Positions 22,582 through 33,181 of a DNA stretch of 64,000 nucleotides are shown here, piece after piece. The stretch is from positions 524,858 to 588,857 of the forward strand of contig CAVPRP010000011.1 of the NCBI GenBank assembly GCA_963707825.1. Direction: 5' to 3'. Source of the stretch: an uncultured Acidobacteriota bacterium (GTDB lineage Bacteria > Acidobacteriota > Vicinamibacteria > Vicinamibacterales > UBA2999). How positions within the stretch are numbered: the first letter of the stretch is position 1; each line of letters begins with the position of its first letter. Below the pieces are notes generated by a model that made no database searches, was not told the origin of the DNA, and worked only from the letters and a program-made list of their open reading frames with translations. The translations under genes were made by a program, and so were the position numbers.

Positions 22582-23208
22582 GTGCCGGACACCTCAACGC
22601 CCCATCCCTCATCGGCGCAGCTGCTGCGCGCGACACTGCTGGCCATGATCATCGCCGGCGTGCTGCTGGTGACGATCGTCCTGCCGGCTGAATACGGCCT
22701 GGACCCGACCGGCATCGGCCGCGCGCTCGGACTGTTCCGTCCAGCCGCGAGTGACGCGTCAGTTGACGCTGCCGGCGCCGGCGACAACGAGGGGGCCGTT
22801 GCCGCGAACAGTGCAGCAGGCGACGAGGGAGCCGCCGCGGGCGCGGTCGCGGCATCGCGGCCACTGCGGAAGAGTCCCACGCCGTATCGCACCGACGAGA
22901 TGAGCCTGACGCTGCAGTCTGGCGAAGGCGCGGAGATCAAGGCCGCGATGAAGCAGGGCGAGCGCCTGGTCTTCACCTGGACCGCGACCGGCGGGGGCGT
23001 GGACGTGGACATGCACAGCGAGTTCCTCGGTGCGCGCGCCGGCGAGTCGATCAGCTACTGGAAAGACGAGTTCCAGACCAGCGGGCACGGCTCATTCGAG
23101 GCGCCGGCCGTCGGCAATCACGGCTGGTTCTGGCAGAACCTCACCGACGATCCGGTGACGGTGACAGTGAAGGTGAGCGGGTTCTACGAAAAGCTGTTCA
23201 GACCCTGA
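22582..23208 (+). CDS. Membrane-anchored hypothetical protein of the type found next to HupE/UreJ genes
   Basis: TM followed by VLPAEYGLDPTGIG; EIKAAM, DMHSE, GNHGWFWQN. Confidence 0.75.
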   Translation: MPDTSTPHPSSAQLLRATLLAMIIAGVLLVTIVLPAEYGLDPTGIGRALGLFRPAASDASVDAAGAGDNEGAVAANSAAGDEGAAAGAVAASRPLRKSPTPYRTDEMSLTLQSGEGAEIKAAMKQGERLVFTWTATGGGVDVDMHSEFLGARAGESISYWKDEFQTSGHGSFEAPAVGNHGWFWQNLTDDPVTVTVKVSGFYEKLFRP

Positions 23209-23221
23209 ACCAAGGCGCCGC

Positions 23222-25652
23222 ATGATCGACCGATTGCTCCACGACGTTCGGCTGGCGTGCCGCGGCTTGTGGCGCGCCAAGGCGTTCACCCTCGCGGCCG
23301 TCGCCACGCTCGGCGTCGGCACCTCGGGCGCGACCGTGATCCTGGCGCTGTGGCAGGGCGTGCTGCTGCGCCCGCTCCCGGTTCACGATCAGCAGGGACT
23401 CGTCGTGGTGTGGCGATCGCTGCCGCCCTCGCACGACCAGCACTATCCCTTTGGCGATCGCGAGATCGCGGCGGTCCGCGACGCCAGCCGGACGCTGCAG
23501 GACGTTGCTGGAGTCGCCACCAACGGCCTCGCGCGCTGGGTCGCGCTCGACGAATCGGTGGCCACCTACGTGAACGGCGCGCTGGTCACCGGCCGCTTCT
23601 TCGACGTGCTGGGCGTGCAGCCGCTGATGGGCAGGGCGCTGCAGGACGCCGATGACCGTGACGGCAGCGAGCCGGTGGTGGTGATCAGCGCGGGGTTCTG
23701 GCACCGGCGCTACGGCGGCGCGCCTGAGGTGCTCGGCCGGCGGATCACGCTCGACGAACAGTCGTTCACCATCGTCGGCGTCATGCCTGCGGACCTCGAC
23801 TATCCACGGGGAGCGGAGGCGTGGCGCGCGACGCGGTCGGTGCCGATATCGCCCACGTTCGGCGATGCCGCCCGCCAGGAAGTGGACATGATCGGGCGAC
23901 TCCGTCCGGGCCTGACGCCGGCGCAAGCCGCGAGCGAGCTGACGGCCATGTCCTCTCAGCTCGAGGCCATCGCGCCGGCCGGCGCTCCGAGAGGCTTCTC
24001 AACCGTGGTCCGGCCGTTCGAAAACGTCGTCACCGGCGCGGCGCGCCCGGCGCTGCTGGCGCTGCTGATCGCGGTGGGCATCGTGCTGCTGATTGCGACC
24101 GCGAACGTCGCGAACCTGCTGTTGATGCGGGGAGAATCGCGTCGTGGCGAGCTGGCGATTCGCTCGGCCCTGGGCGCGGGTCGCTGGCGAATCATCAGGC
24201 AGCTGCTGTTGGAGAGCGCGGCGCTCTCGGTGCTGGCGATGCTCCTCGGGCTGCTCGTCACCTGGTGGAGCCTGCAGTGGCTGATCACGATGGTCCCCGA
24301 GGGGCTGCCGCGCATCGAGACGGTGCGTGTCGATGCCGTCGTGGTGCTCTTCGTCGCCGGCGTGGCGATCGTCACGTCGCTGCTGGCCGGAGTCGTACCA
24401 GCCCTGCTCTCCGCGCGCACGGACATCGTGTCGCAACTGCGCATGGGCGCGCGTGGCGTGACGGACGCCGTCACGGGACGAGGTCGCCGGGGCCTGGTCG
24501 TCGCCCAGGTCGCCCTCGCCGTGACCGTGGTGGCTGCGGCAGGGCTGCTGACCCAGACCATGGCGCACCTGCAATCGGCGAGCACCGGCCTTGCCTCTGA
24601 CCGGCTGGTGTTCGTGAACCTGTCGATGCCTCGGGACAAGCAGGCCGATCGACCAAGGCACGCGCAGTTCCTCGCGGACGCGATCAGGTCGTTACAGGGA
24701 ATTCCAGGAGTCGAGGCGGTGACCCCGGTGAACGTGCTGCCGTTCGCAGCCGGTTGGAGCGTGCCGGTGTTCGCCGCCGAGGGGCAAACCCAGGCGCAGG
24801 CCGCGTCCAATCCCTCGCTCGGGCTCGAGTCGGTGCACGACAACTACTTCGATGCGATGGGGGTGCGCATCGTCGAAGGCCGAGCCTTTACATCCGCCGA
24901 CCGCGACGGCGCCGAGGACGTGGCCATTGTCAGCGAAGACGTCGCGGCCCACACCTGGCCCGGAGCGAGTGCGATCGGGAAGCGCCTGAAGATGGGTAGG
25001 ACGGACTCACGGAACGGCTGGCTCACAGTGGTCGGCGTCGCGGCTTCGACACGCTACCGCGACCTCGCCAGGCCGCAGGCCACGCTCTACCTGCCCGCGG
25101 CGCAGTTCATCGACGCGGCACAGTCACTCGCGGTGAGGACGACGATGCCGACTCGATCAGCTCGTGTCGATCACCCGAGCGCGCGTCCAGGACCTCGATG
25201 CCGACGCTCAGGTGATGGGTGTCGCGCCCTTCTCCTCGATCATGGCGAAGCCACTGGCCCGTCCGCGCTTCAACGCGCTCTTGTTCGGGATCTTCGGGTT
25301 GGCCGCACTGTTTCTCGCCACGATCGGCCACTACGCGATGCTCACGGCGTCTGTCGGGCAGCGTGAGCGCGAGATCGCGCTGCGTGTGGCACTCGGCGCC
25401 ACGCCCGGCAATGTTCGCAGCCTGGTGCTGCGAGAGATCGCGTGGCTGTCGGGGACCGGCGCCGTCCTCGGTCTGGTCGTGGCGGTGCTGGCCACCCGAC
25501 TGCTGAGGACGATGCTCTACGGCGTTGATCCGCTCGATACGACGACGCTGGCGGCGGCGGCCATCGTGGTCGCTGGCGCGTCCGTGCTGGTGTCGTGGTG
25601 GCCGCTCCGACGGGCGACGCGCATAGACGCTCTGGCGGTGCTGCGCGCCTGA
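23222..25652 (+). CDS. ADOP-type duplicated ABC permease; frameshift near 25160
   Basis: LLIATANVANLLL, ELAIRSALGA, LVVAQVALA, REIALRVALGA. Confidence 0.88.
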
Positions 25653-25661
25653 GGCCTTGGG

Positions 25662-28085
25662 TCACTCCGCGCGCAGTGCCTCGATCGGCGCCACCCGCGT
25701 GCCGCGGCGTGCCGGCACCCACGACGCCAGCGTTGCCACCAGCAGCAACACCACGGCAGTCGCACCGAAGGTCCACGGGTCCAGAGCCTCGGTCTCGAAC
25801 AGCATCGTCGTCAGCAGGCGTGTCAGCCCGGCGGCGGCGAACAACCCGACGACGACGCCTGCGGAGACCAGCTTCAACGCCTTGCCCAGCACGAGACGGA
25901 ACACCGACTGCGCGGTGGCCCCGAGCGCCATGCGCACGCCGAACTCCTGCGTGCGCTGCGACACCGCATACGCCATCACGCCGTAAACGCCGATGCCGGC
26001 GAGCGCGAGCGCCATCAACGCGAACGCGGTGAGCAGCACCGAGATTGCCCGCGGCTGCGCCAGCGTCGCGTCCACCACGTCCGACATGGTGCGGACATCG
26101 GCCAGCGGCAGCGTGGCGTCGATTCCGCTCACGGCCGACCGCACGCCGCTGACGAGCGACATCGGATCCATCTGGGTCTTGACGACCAGCGTCATCAGCC
26201 CCAGCGTCAGTTGCGAGTGCGGAATGTAGACCGCCGGACGGGTCTCGGCGTCGAGCGTGGACATCTTGATGTCGCCGACGACACCGACGATCTCGACATC
26301 GAGACCGCCGGGGCGGCCGATCGAGACGTTCATGCGGCGGCCCAGGGGGTTCTCACCCGGGTACTGCTGCCGTGCCAGTGTCTCGCTGACGACGGCGACG
26401 AGCGGCGCGTCGGCGGCATCGCCAGCAGCGAAGTCGCGCCCCGCGAGTTGCGGGATTCCCATCGTCCTGAAGAAGCCTGGCGTCACCGGTCTCACTTCCG
26501 TGTTGGGCAACTCACCCGCGGCCGGCGTCGGCCGGTCGAGGCGATGGAAACTGGTGCCGATGCCGGGGCCCGACATCGGCAGGAACGTCACGCCGGCCGC
26601 ACTCTGCACACCCGGCATGGCGGCCACGCGCGAGATCACGTCGGTGTAAAACGTCGAGATCCGTCGCGGCTCGTTGTACTGATCGCCTGCCACTTGCACG
26701 CGTGCCGTCAGAACGCCGTCGGCGACGAAGCCGGGGCTGATGTGCTGCAGGGCGACAAAGCTGCGAATCAGCAGTCCGGCCCCTGCGAGCAGGACCAGGG
26801 AGAGCGCGACCTCGGCCACCACAAGCGTGTCGAGGGCTCGCCGCGAGGCGGGGCCGCCGCCGTGCCGTCCGCCGGCGCGCAACTGATCGTTGGCATGGCT
26901 CGAGGCAAAGAGCGCGGGTACCAGGCCGAACAGCAGGCCGGTCCCGAGCGCCAGGAGCAGTGTGAATCCGACCACCGGCAGGTCGAGTGTTACTTGATCC
27001 AGGCGCGGCACCGGGATGCGGTCTGCGACCAGCACGAGCAATCCGCGATGGAACGCGACGGCCAGGGCGAGGCCAGCCAGTCCTCCCGCCGCACCGAGCA
27101 GCAGGCTTTCCGTCAGCATCATCCGGAGCAACCGGCCGCGCTCGGCCCCCAGCGCGGTGCGCAGGCCCAGCTCTCGCTGGCGAGCGGTGCTGCGCGCGAG
27201 CAGCAGGTTGGCCACGTTGACGCATGCGATCAACAGCACCAGGCCCACGGCGCCGGCAAGGATCAGCAGCGGCGTGCGGATCTGCTCCACGGTCAACTCG
27301 TGGATCGGCACCACGCTCACCGACCAGGCGGTGTTGCGTTGCGGCACTTCCGCTTCGAGCTGCGCGGCAATGGTCTTCATCTCGTCGGCGGCCTGCTGCA
27401 CCGACACACCGTCGCGCAGCCGCGCCACCGCATGCGACGAGCCGCGGCCCGGCGCCGCGCGCAGCCGCTCCATCGTCCAGCCGTACGGCACCAGGAAATC
27501 GGCCCGCTGACCCTCGATGGTGAAAGCCGGAGGCATCACGCCAACGATCGAGCGAGGGCGCGAGTTGGTGGTGAGCGTCATGCCCAGCACGTCCGGCCGT
27601 CCGCCGAGCCGCGTTTGCCAGAACTCGTGGCTGATCACGATGACGCCGTCGTTGCCTTCCAGGTCCTCATCGGTGGAGTAGCTGCGCCCCATCTCCGGCT
27701 GGACTCCGAGCGCTGGAAACACCTCTGAGGACGCAGACAGCCCAACCACTTCCTCGGGTCGATCGTCGAGGACGATGTTGAGGCGCGTGGGCCCGACCAT
27801 GCCGAGGTGCTCGAACGACCGGTTCCGCTCCTGCCACGCGACGAAGTTCGCCGGGCCGACGACGTTCCTCGGGCGGTTGCGCCGCAGGTTGTTTTCCCAG
27901 ATGGTGACGACGCGCTCCGGGTCGCGGTAGGGGAGGGGCCTGAGCATCACGCCCTGGACCACGGAGTAGACGGCCGAGGTCGCGCCAATCCCGAGCGCCA
28001 GCGCCAGCACTGCCGGAACCGTGAAGCGCGGCGAGCGCAGGAACGAGCGCACCGCGAAGCGGAGATCCTGGACGAGATTCGTCAT
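25662..28085 (-). CDS. ADOP-type duplicated ABC permease
   Basis: MTNLVQDLRFAVR, LLIACVNVANLLLAR, LVVAEVALS, GVYGVMAYAVSQRTQEFGVRMALGA. Confidence 0.93.
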   Translation of the reverse strand: MTNLVQDLRFAVRSFLRSPRFTVPAVLALALGIGATSAVYSVVQGVMLRPLPYRDPERVVTIWENNLRRNRPRNVVGPANFVAWQERNRSFEHLGMVGPTRLNIVLDDRPEEVVGLSASSEVFPALGVQPEMGRSYSTDEDLEGNDGVIVISHEFWQTRLGGRPDVLGMTLTTNSRPRSIVGVMPPAFTIEGQRADFLVPYGWTMERLRAAPGRGSSHAVARLRDGVSVQQAADEMKTIAAQLEAEVPQRNTAWSVSVVPIHELTVEQIRTPLLILAGAVGLVLLIACVNVANLLLARSTARQRELGLRTALGAERGRLLRMMLTESLLLGAAGGLAGLALAVAFHRGLLVLVADRIPVPRLDQVTLDLPVVGFTLLLALGTGLLFGLVPALFASSHANDQLRAGGRHGGGPASRRALDTLVVAEVALSLVLLAGAGLLIRSFVALQHISPGFVADGVLTARVQVAGDQYNEPRRISTFYTDVISRVAAMPGVQSAAGVTFLPMSGPGIGTSFHRLDRPTPAAGELPNTEVRPVTPGFFRTMGIPQLAGRDFAAGDAADAPLVAVVSETLARQQYPGENPLGRRMNVSIGRPGGLDVEIVGVVGDIKMSTLDAETRPAVYIPHSQLTLGLMTLVVKTQMDPMSLVSGVRSAVSGIDATLPLADVRTMSDVVDATLAQPRAISVLLTAFALMALALAGIGVYGVMAYAVSQRTQEFGVRMALGATAQSVFRLVLGKALKLVSAGVVVGLFAAAGLTRLLTTMLFETEALDPWTFGATAVVLLLVATLASWVPARRGTRVAPIEALRAE

Positions 28086-28132
28086 GGCCTAAGCTTGGAC
28101 GGTTGGGAACCCACGAAAGTTGTGGCCGAGCC

Positions 28133-28159
28133 TGTCGATCTGGCCGGGGCTCGTTCGAC
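28133..28159 (+). promoter_or_regulatory. Putative ECF42-type promoter
   Basis: TGTCGA-N17-CGAC upstream of the YciI/ECF operon, matching the TGTCGA...CG(A/T)C motif recalled for ECF42. Confidence 0.6.
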
Positions 28160-28241
28160 GTCTGATCAGGAGCCGGGAACTGGCGGCCACCGAAGGGCCC
28201 CGGACCCGACTGAGCATAATCATCCAAACAGGAGATCCGCG

Positions 28242-28667
28242 ATGAAGTTCATGGTGATCGTCAAGGCCACGAAGGAATCCGAGGCGGGCGTGATGCCCAG
28301 CACCGAGATGCTGACGGCAATGGGCAATTACAACGAAGAACTGGTGAAGGCCGGCGTGCTGCTGGCCGGCGAAGGCCTGCATCCCTCGTCGAAGGGCGCG
28401 CGGGTGCGGTTCTCCGGCACCTCGCGAACCGTGGTCGACGGCCCGTTCACCGAGACCAAGGAACTGATTGCCGGCTTCTGGATACTCCAGGTGCGCTCCA
28501 GGGAGGAGTGCATCGAGTGGGTGAAGCGCTGCCCGAACCCGATGGAGGGTCCTTCGGAGATCGAGATCCGCCAGGTGTTCGACGCCGACGATTTCGGTGA
28601 GGCCCTCACGCCCGAGCTGCGCGCGCAGGAAGAGCGGATGCGGGCGGCCGGCGCGAAAATCGGCTAG
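28242..28667 (+). CDS. YciI/DGPF family protein
   Basis: MKFMVIVKA...GEGLHPSSKGARV...DGPFTETKELIAGFW...IEIR; AGGAG RBS. Confidence 0.92.
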   Translation: MKFMVIVKATKESEAGVMPSTEMLTAMGNYNEELVKAGVLLAGEGLHPSSKGARVRFSGTSRTVVDGPFTETKELIAGFWILQVRSREECIEWVKRCPNPMEGPSEIEIRQVFDADDFGEALTPELRAQEERMRAAGAKIG

Positions 28668-28690
28668 CGGCTTGCTGGCGCCTCGCGAAG

Positions 28691-29971
28691 ATGGTGGAAT
28701 CGGTAGCCGTGACGGCTACCGATCTCCATCGTACGGTCGAGACAGTGTGGCGCATGGAGTCGCCGAAGATCATCGCCGCGCTGACGCGGATGGTCCGCGA
28801 CGTCGGCGTAGCGGAAGAACTGGCGCAGGACGCGGTGGTGTCCGCGCTGGAACAATGGCCGGTCGAAGGTGTGCCGCGGAACCCCGGCGCGTGGTTGATG
28901 GGCGCGGCCAAGCATCGCGCCATCGATCGCCTGAGGCGCGGGCGAATGCTCGACCGCAAGCACGAGCAGCTGGGCTACGAGATCGATAGCTGGCGCGCGG
29001 ACGCCACCCAGGGGATCGAGGCCTCGTTGGACGACGATGTGGGCGACGACCTGTTGCGTCTCGTGTTCACGGCGTGCCATCCGGTGCTGGCCACCGAAGC
29101 GCAGGTCGCGCTCACCTTGCGGTTGTTGTGCGGACTCACCACCGAGGAAATCGCGCGCGCCTTTCTCGTGCCTGAAGCCACGATGGCCCAGCGCATCGTC
29201 CGCGCGAAACGGACCCTGACGAAGGCCAACGTGCCATTCGAGGTGCCGCGCGGCCCCGAGCGAGAAGAGCGCCTCGCCTCGGTGCTGGCCGTGATCTATC
29301 TCGTCTTCAACGAAGGCTACTCGGCGACCGCTGGTGACGACTGGATCCGCCCCGCGTTGTGCGACGAGGCGCTGCGCCTGGTCAGGGTGGTGGCCGGTCT
29401 CGCGCCGGACGAGGCCGAAGTCCACGGACTGGCAGCGCTGCTGGAACTCCAATCATCGCGGCTGAAGGCGCGCGTGGACGCAGCGGGTCGCGCGGTCCTC
29501 CTCAACCAACAGGATCGCGCGCGCTGGGATCGGCTGCTGATCGGTCGGGGCCTCGACGCACTGCGGCGTGCGCGGCGCCTTGCCCCGGAGCCGGGGCCGT
29601 ACACCATTCAGGCCGGCATCGCGGCTTGTCACGCGACGGCGCTCACACCGGCCGCTACCGACTGGCCGGCGATTGTCGCGCTCTACGATCGGCTCTTGCG
29701 CGCGCTGCCCTCCCCGATCGTCGAACTGAATCGGGCGGTCGCGGTGTCGATGGCCTTCGGTCCGCAAGCCGGGCTCGATCTGGTGGAGGAGTTGGGCCGC
29801 GTGCCGGCGCTGGCCGATTACCACCTGCTGCCCGCAGTGCAGGGCGACCTGCTCGAAAAGCTCGGCCGGCTCGACGAGGCGCAAGCATGCTTCGAGCGGG
29901 CGGCCGATCTGGCGCAGAACGGCGCCGAACGCCAACTGCTGCGCGAGCGGATCGGGGGTCTGGCCCGATAG
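28691..29971 (+). CDS. ECF sigma factor with C-terminal TPR extension (ECF42 type)
   Basis: AEELAQDA, GVPRNPGAWL, DDLLRLVFTACHP, MAQRIVRAKR, YLVFNEGY, QDRARWD, LNRAVA; follows the DGPF gene. Confidence 0.9.
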   Translation: MVESVAVTATDLHRTVETVWRMESPKIIAALTRMVRDVGVAEELAQDAVVSALEQWPVEGVPRNPGAWLMGAAKHRAIDRLRRGRMLDRKHEQLGYEIDSWRADATQGIEASLDDDVGDDLLRLVFTACHPVLATEAQVALTLRLLCGLTTEEIARAFLVPEATMAQRIVRAKRTLTKANVPFEVPRGPEREERLASVLAVIYLVFNEGYSATAGDDWIRPALCDEALRLVRVVAGLAPDEAEVHGLAALLELQSSRLKARVDAAGRAVLLNQQDRARWDRLLIGRGLDALRRARRLAPEPGPYTIQAGIAACHATALTPAATDWPAIVALYDRLLRALPSPIVELNRAVAVSMAFGPQAGLDLVEELGRVPALADYHLLPAVQGDLLEKLGRLDEAQACFERAADLAQNGAERQLLRERIGGLAR

Positions 29972-29995
29972 GGCCGGCCCTATCGGGCCAGACCC

Positions 29996-30658
29996 TCATC
30001 GGCCCGTTTCACCGTGTGGGGCGTGCACGGGCTTGGACTCCGGCGACCAGCGCTGCCTGAGGTACACCGCGAGCCATACCATCGAGGCGATGGCCAGAAA
30101 TTCGCTCTGCCAGTTCTGGAACGACTCGAACCAGAAGCGCGGCGAGGCCAGGTAAGCCGTGAAGGTGGGAACGGCCTGACCGTGTGTCACCTGATCGTCG
30201 GCGTAATCGGCGAACCCGCCGGCGGCATGCCCGGCCCATGACACGAGGAAGAGCAGCACGAACGTGAGCCCGAGCGACGACTCATAGAGACGCAGGATCC
30301 ATCCGCCGCGCCGCACCGGCCAGGGCGCGCCGGGCTGATCGGCGAAGTCACGCGGGTCGGCGTCGACCAGCTCCTTCGCGCCGGGCCGGCGCGATTCCGG
30401 CGAGCCCTTCTGGACCAGGACCGTCGTCAGCAGCACGAAGACGGCCATCTGCAGGAACTCGCTTTCCCAATTCTCGAAGATCGCCTCCCATGGATGCCCC
30501 GTCGTCATGTAGGCCGACGGGCTGACCCGCGGTCGTCCGTGGTCGTGTTGCGTGGCGTTGTATTCGTAGAAGCCGGTGAAGAGTTGTCCCGCCAGGAAGA
30601 TCAGGAAGAACGCCATCAACACCAACGTCAGCGCCCGGTCCCGCAGCCACGCGATCAC
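29996..30658 (-). CDS. DUF6766-like membrane protein
   Basis: Twin motifs FENWESEFLQ and FQNWQSEFLA, QKGSPES, QRWSPESKPV. Confidence 0.8.
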   Translation of the reverse strand: MIAWLRDRALTLVLMAFFLIFLAGQLFTGFYEYNATQHDHGRPRVSPSAYMTTGHPWEAIFENWESEFLQMAVFVLLTTVLVQKGSPESRRPGAKELVDADPRDFADQPGAPWPVRRGGWILRLYESSLGLTFVLLFLVSWAGHAAGGFADYADDQVTHGQAVPTFTAYLASPRFWFESFQNWQSEFLAIASMVWLAVYLRQRWSPESKPVHAPHGETGR

Positions 30659-30672
30659 GCTGCCTCCTTATG

Positions 30673-31185
30673 TTATTTCGGTCGCGCCACCGTCTTGCGC
30701 TTCGCCGCTACCGGCTTCCGCGTGGCCGGCAACGGTTTGCTGCGCGGGACCGGTGGTGCGTCCTGCAATGCGTAGGCTTCGGCCATCCAGTCGGTCAGCG
30801 GTGCTTCAACTTCGTCGCGATGCTTGACTTGCACGATGTGCGCCAGCCGGGTTGACGACACCCGCTTCACACTCCGGATTTGCGGTGACTGAACCGTGTG
30901 GCCGAGGAACAGGCAGAGCTCGAGGTAGCTGCGCTTCGGCCGCACGAAGAAATAGGCGGTGCGGCGCGCGAACATGATGCAGTGGTGTGACGCGTAGATG
31001 CGCTGCTCGCCATAGGCTGCGGCCGTTTCGCGCACGCGCTCCCACGCCTCGCGCAGATCCTCCGACAAATCTTCGGTCAGCGCCTCTTCGGTGGTGGTCC
31101 AGCAGTCGTGCGCTTCACCCGGCTCGATCCACTGCTTGCAGTGATGACAGGTCCGTCCCGTCATGCTACGGACATCATCGCTCAC
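30673..31185 (-). CDS. DUF5655-like hypothetical protein with N-terminal CxxC...HxC
   Basis: CHHCKQW...HDC, FFVRPKR, DEVEAPLTDWMAEAY. Confidence 0.65.
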   Translation of the reverse strand: MSDDVRSMTGRTCHHCKQWIEPGEAHDCWTTTEEALTEDLSEDLREAWERVRETAAAYGEQRIYASHHCIMFARRTAYFFVRPKRSYLELCLFLGHTVQSPQIRSVKRVSSTRLAHIVQVKHRDEVEAPLTDWMAEAYALQDAPPVPRSKPLPATRKPVAAKRKTVARPK

Positions 31186-31186
31186 A

Positions 31187-31414
31187 CTATCGGGCCTTCT
31201 TCGCTTTCTTCGCCTTCTTCGCCTTCTTGGCCTTACGTTTCCCCTTGGGTGACGGCACCTTGGCGCCCTTCTCGCGGGCCTCGCTGAGCGCGATCGCGAT
31301 GGCCTGCTTTCGACTCGTGACCTTTCGCCCGCTGCTGCTCTTCAGTGTGCCCTTCTTCTTCCGGTGCATCGCCGATTCGACGCGCTTCGTGGCCGCTTTA
31401 CCGTACTTCGCCAT
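31187..31414 (-). CDS. Small basic DUF6496-like protein
   Basis: MAKYGK...MHRKKKGTLKS..GRKVTSRKQAIAIALSEAR; GGAGG RBS. Confidence 0.85.
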   Translation of the reverse strand: MAKYGKAATKRVESAMHRKKKGTLKSSSGRKVTSRKQAIAIALSEAREKGAKVPSPKGKRKAKKAKKAKKAKKAR

Positions 31415-31513
31415 GCTCACCTCCAGCATGTCCGTATTGCAAGCGGAGTGCCGGAGCGCGCCAATTCAGGGTGTCGGATCGCCTTGCGGTCCGCGCGTGC
31501 GAACTCGACGGCG

Positions 31514-32185
31514 TCAGCCGCCCATAGCCGCACCGGCCGCACGCACGAGCCTTGCGGGATCTCCGACGCGAATGGTGCCGCCACGTATGACCTCGGCGTT
31601 CAGGGCAAGCCGCCCGCCGAACCGACGCCCGATATCGCGGAGCACCTCCGGGTCGCGGGCCAACGTGTCGGGATCGACGGTCGTCATCGGACAGCGGCCG
31701 CGGCGCGAGTCCAGTCGCACGATGGCGTCCCCAATCCGAAGCTCAGCACCGGGCCATGTCGTCTCGTCCATGCCGGCGACGCCGCCGATCAGGATGTTGG
31801 GCCGCAGGCGCCGCACGTCGCGGCCGAATGCGGCGACGGCCCCGTCCGTGGCCACCAGCAGCGGCAGCACGTCGAAGCGCTCGGGCCCATCGTACGCTTC
31901 CAGCCACGCATCGTCACCAGCGGCGGCCTTAATCAGAGCCAGGGCCCCGGCGCTGTCCCAGCGCTGGCCATTAATCAGCGGCACACCGCCGGCCGCGAGC
32001 GTGCCGCGCAGTCCCAGCAGGTTGGAGTGCCGGCGCGAGGTGCGCACCCCTTCCGGGCCGTGAACCTGGACGATGCGATCGAACGGCACGCCATCGTCTG
32101 TGAGACTGGTCTCCGTCAGCGCTTCGCCCGCCAGCGTTTTCACGGGATAGCGCCACAACCCGGCGACGTAGAGTGTGTTCGACAT
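31514..32185 (-). CDS. MOSC domain protein
   Basis: LWRYPVKTLAGE, RRLRPNILI, RCPMTTVDPDT, GTIRVGD; GGAGG RBS before ATG 32185. Confidence 0.88.
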   Translation of the reverse strand: MSNTLYVAGLWRYPVKTLAGEALTETSLTDDGVPFDRIVQVHGPEGVRTSRRHSNLLGLRGTLAAGGVPLINGQRWDSAGALALIKAAAGDDAWLEAYDGPERFDVLPLLVATDGAVAAFGRDVRRLRPNILIGGVAGMDETTWPGAELRIGDAIVRLDSRRGRCPMTTVDPDTLARDPEVLRDIGRRFGGRLALNAEVIRGGTIRVGDPARLVRAAGAAMGG

Positions 32186-32240
32186 CCTCCTTTGGATGCC
32201 GACTGCGCCTCCAGGGTCTCCGATCTCGACATCGCCAAGG

Positions 32241-32343
32241 TCACTCACGTCACCAGTCACCAGGTCACCAGGTCACCAGATCACCAGATCACCAGATCAC
32301 CAGATCAGATCGCCAGCTCACGAGATCACCAGGTCACGAGATC
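32241..32343. repeat. Octamer tandem repeat (TCACCAGR)n, about 12 degenerate units
   Basis: tcaccagg tcaccagg tcaccaga tcaccaga tcaccaga tcaccaga ... tcacgaga tcaccagg tcacgaga. Confidence 0.92.
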
Positions 32344-32347
32344 GAAA

Positions 32348-33181
32348 TTACTTCGTAATTACTGTCTCCAGATACTCCGCCGGAATCACGAGCCCGTCCC
32401 GTCCGCCCTGATCCGCCGCGCGGAGCAGCGTGAGCAGGTCGGTTTCGAGCGCGCCCTGACGGTCGGCATCGAGCGCCGCGAAGGCCTTGTAGACCGGGCC
32501 GTAGAACGCGCGGAACACCTCGATGAAGTGTTCAGCGGAACGATAACGAAAGGCGAAGTGGCGGGCGGTGTGCTCGATGGATCGTGCACCCTGGAAGATG
32601 GCGCGGAGGTGTTCGTCGGTGCCCCACAGCAACGGCGACTGGACCGCCGGATTGGGTGGCACGTGCGACGCGATGGTGCGGAAGAGCTTTCCGAGGAACC
32701 CTGCCGGAGTCCACGACGCCAGGCCGACGCGGCCAGAGGGCCGGCACACGCGCAACAATTCAGCGGCGGCGCGCGGGTGATCCGGCGCGAACATTACGCC
32801 GAAGCTCGACAGCACGACGTCGAAACTCTCGGCCGGGTAGGGCAGGGCCTCGGCATCCGCGGTCTGGAAGACCACCTCCAGGCCGTCGGCCTCGGCGCGG
32901 CGCCGGCCGCGCTCGAGCAGTGCCGGCACGTAGTCGGTGGAGACGACGTGCGCAAAGCGGCGCGCCGCCGCCAGCGTCGCGTTGCCATTGCCGGCGGCCA
33001 CGTCGAGGACGAAATGGCCCGACCTCACGTCCGCGGCCTCGCATAACTGCTCGCCCACAATCTGCAGCGTGGTGCCGATCACGGCGAAATCGCCGGACGC
33101 CCACATCGCCTGCTGTTGTGTCTTAATCGCGTCGTACCGTCCAGCCTCGGCCTGGGAGGCGCAGCTCACTACAGTCGTCAT
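32348..33181 (-). CDS. Class I SAM-dependent methyltransferase
   Basis: WASGDFAVIG, VLDVAAGNGNA, ADAEALP, FDVVLSSFGVMFAPD. Confidence 0.9.
   Translation of the reverse strand: MTTVVSCASQAEAGRYDAIKTQQQAMWASGDFAVIGTTLQIVGEQLCEAADVRSGHFVLDVAAGNGNATLAAARRFAHVVSTDYVPALLERGRRRAEADGLEVVFQTADAEALPYPAESFDVVLSSFGVMFAPDHPRAAAELLRVCRPSGRVGLASWTPAGFLGKLFRTIASHVPPNPAVQSPLLWGTDEHLRAIFQGARSIEHTARHFAFRYRSAEHFIEVFRAFYGPVYKAFAALDADRQGALETDLLTLLRAADQGGRDGLVIPAEYLETVITK

Noticed and set aside
32241-32343. CRISPR or iteron array
   Set aside because: Contiguous 8-nt units without spacers; no cas or rep gene nearby.
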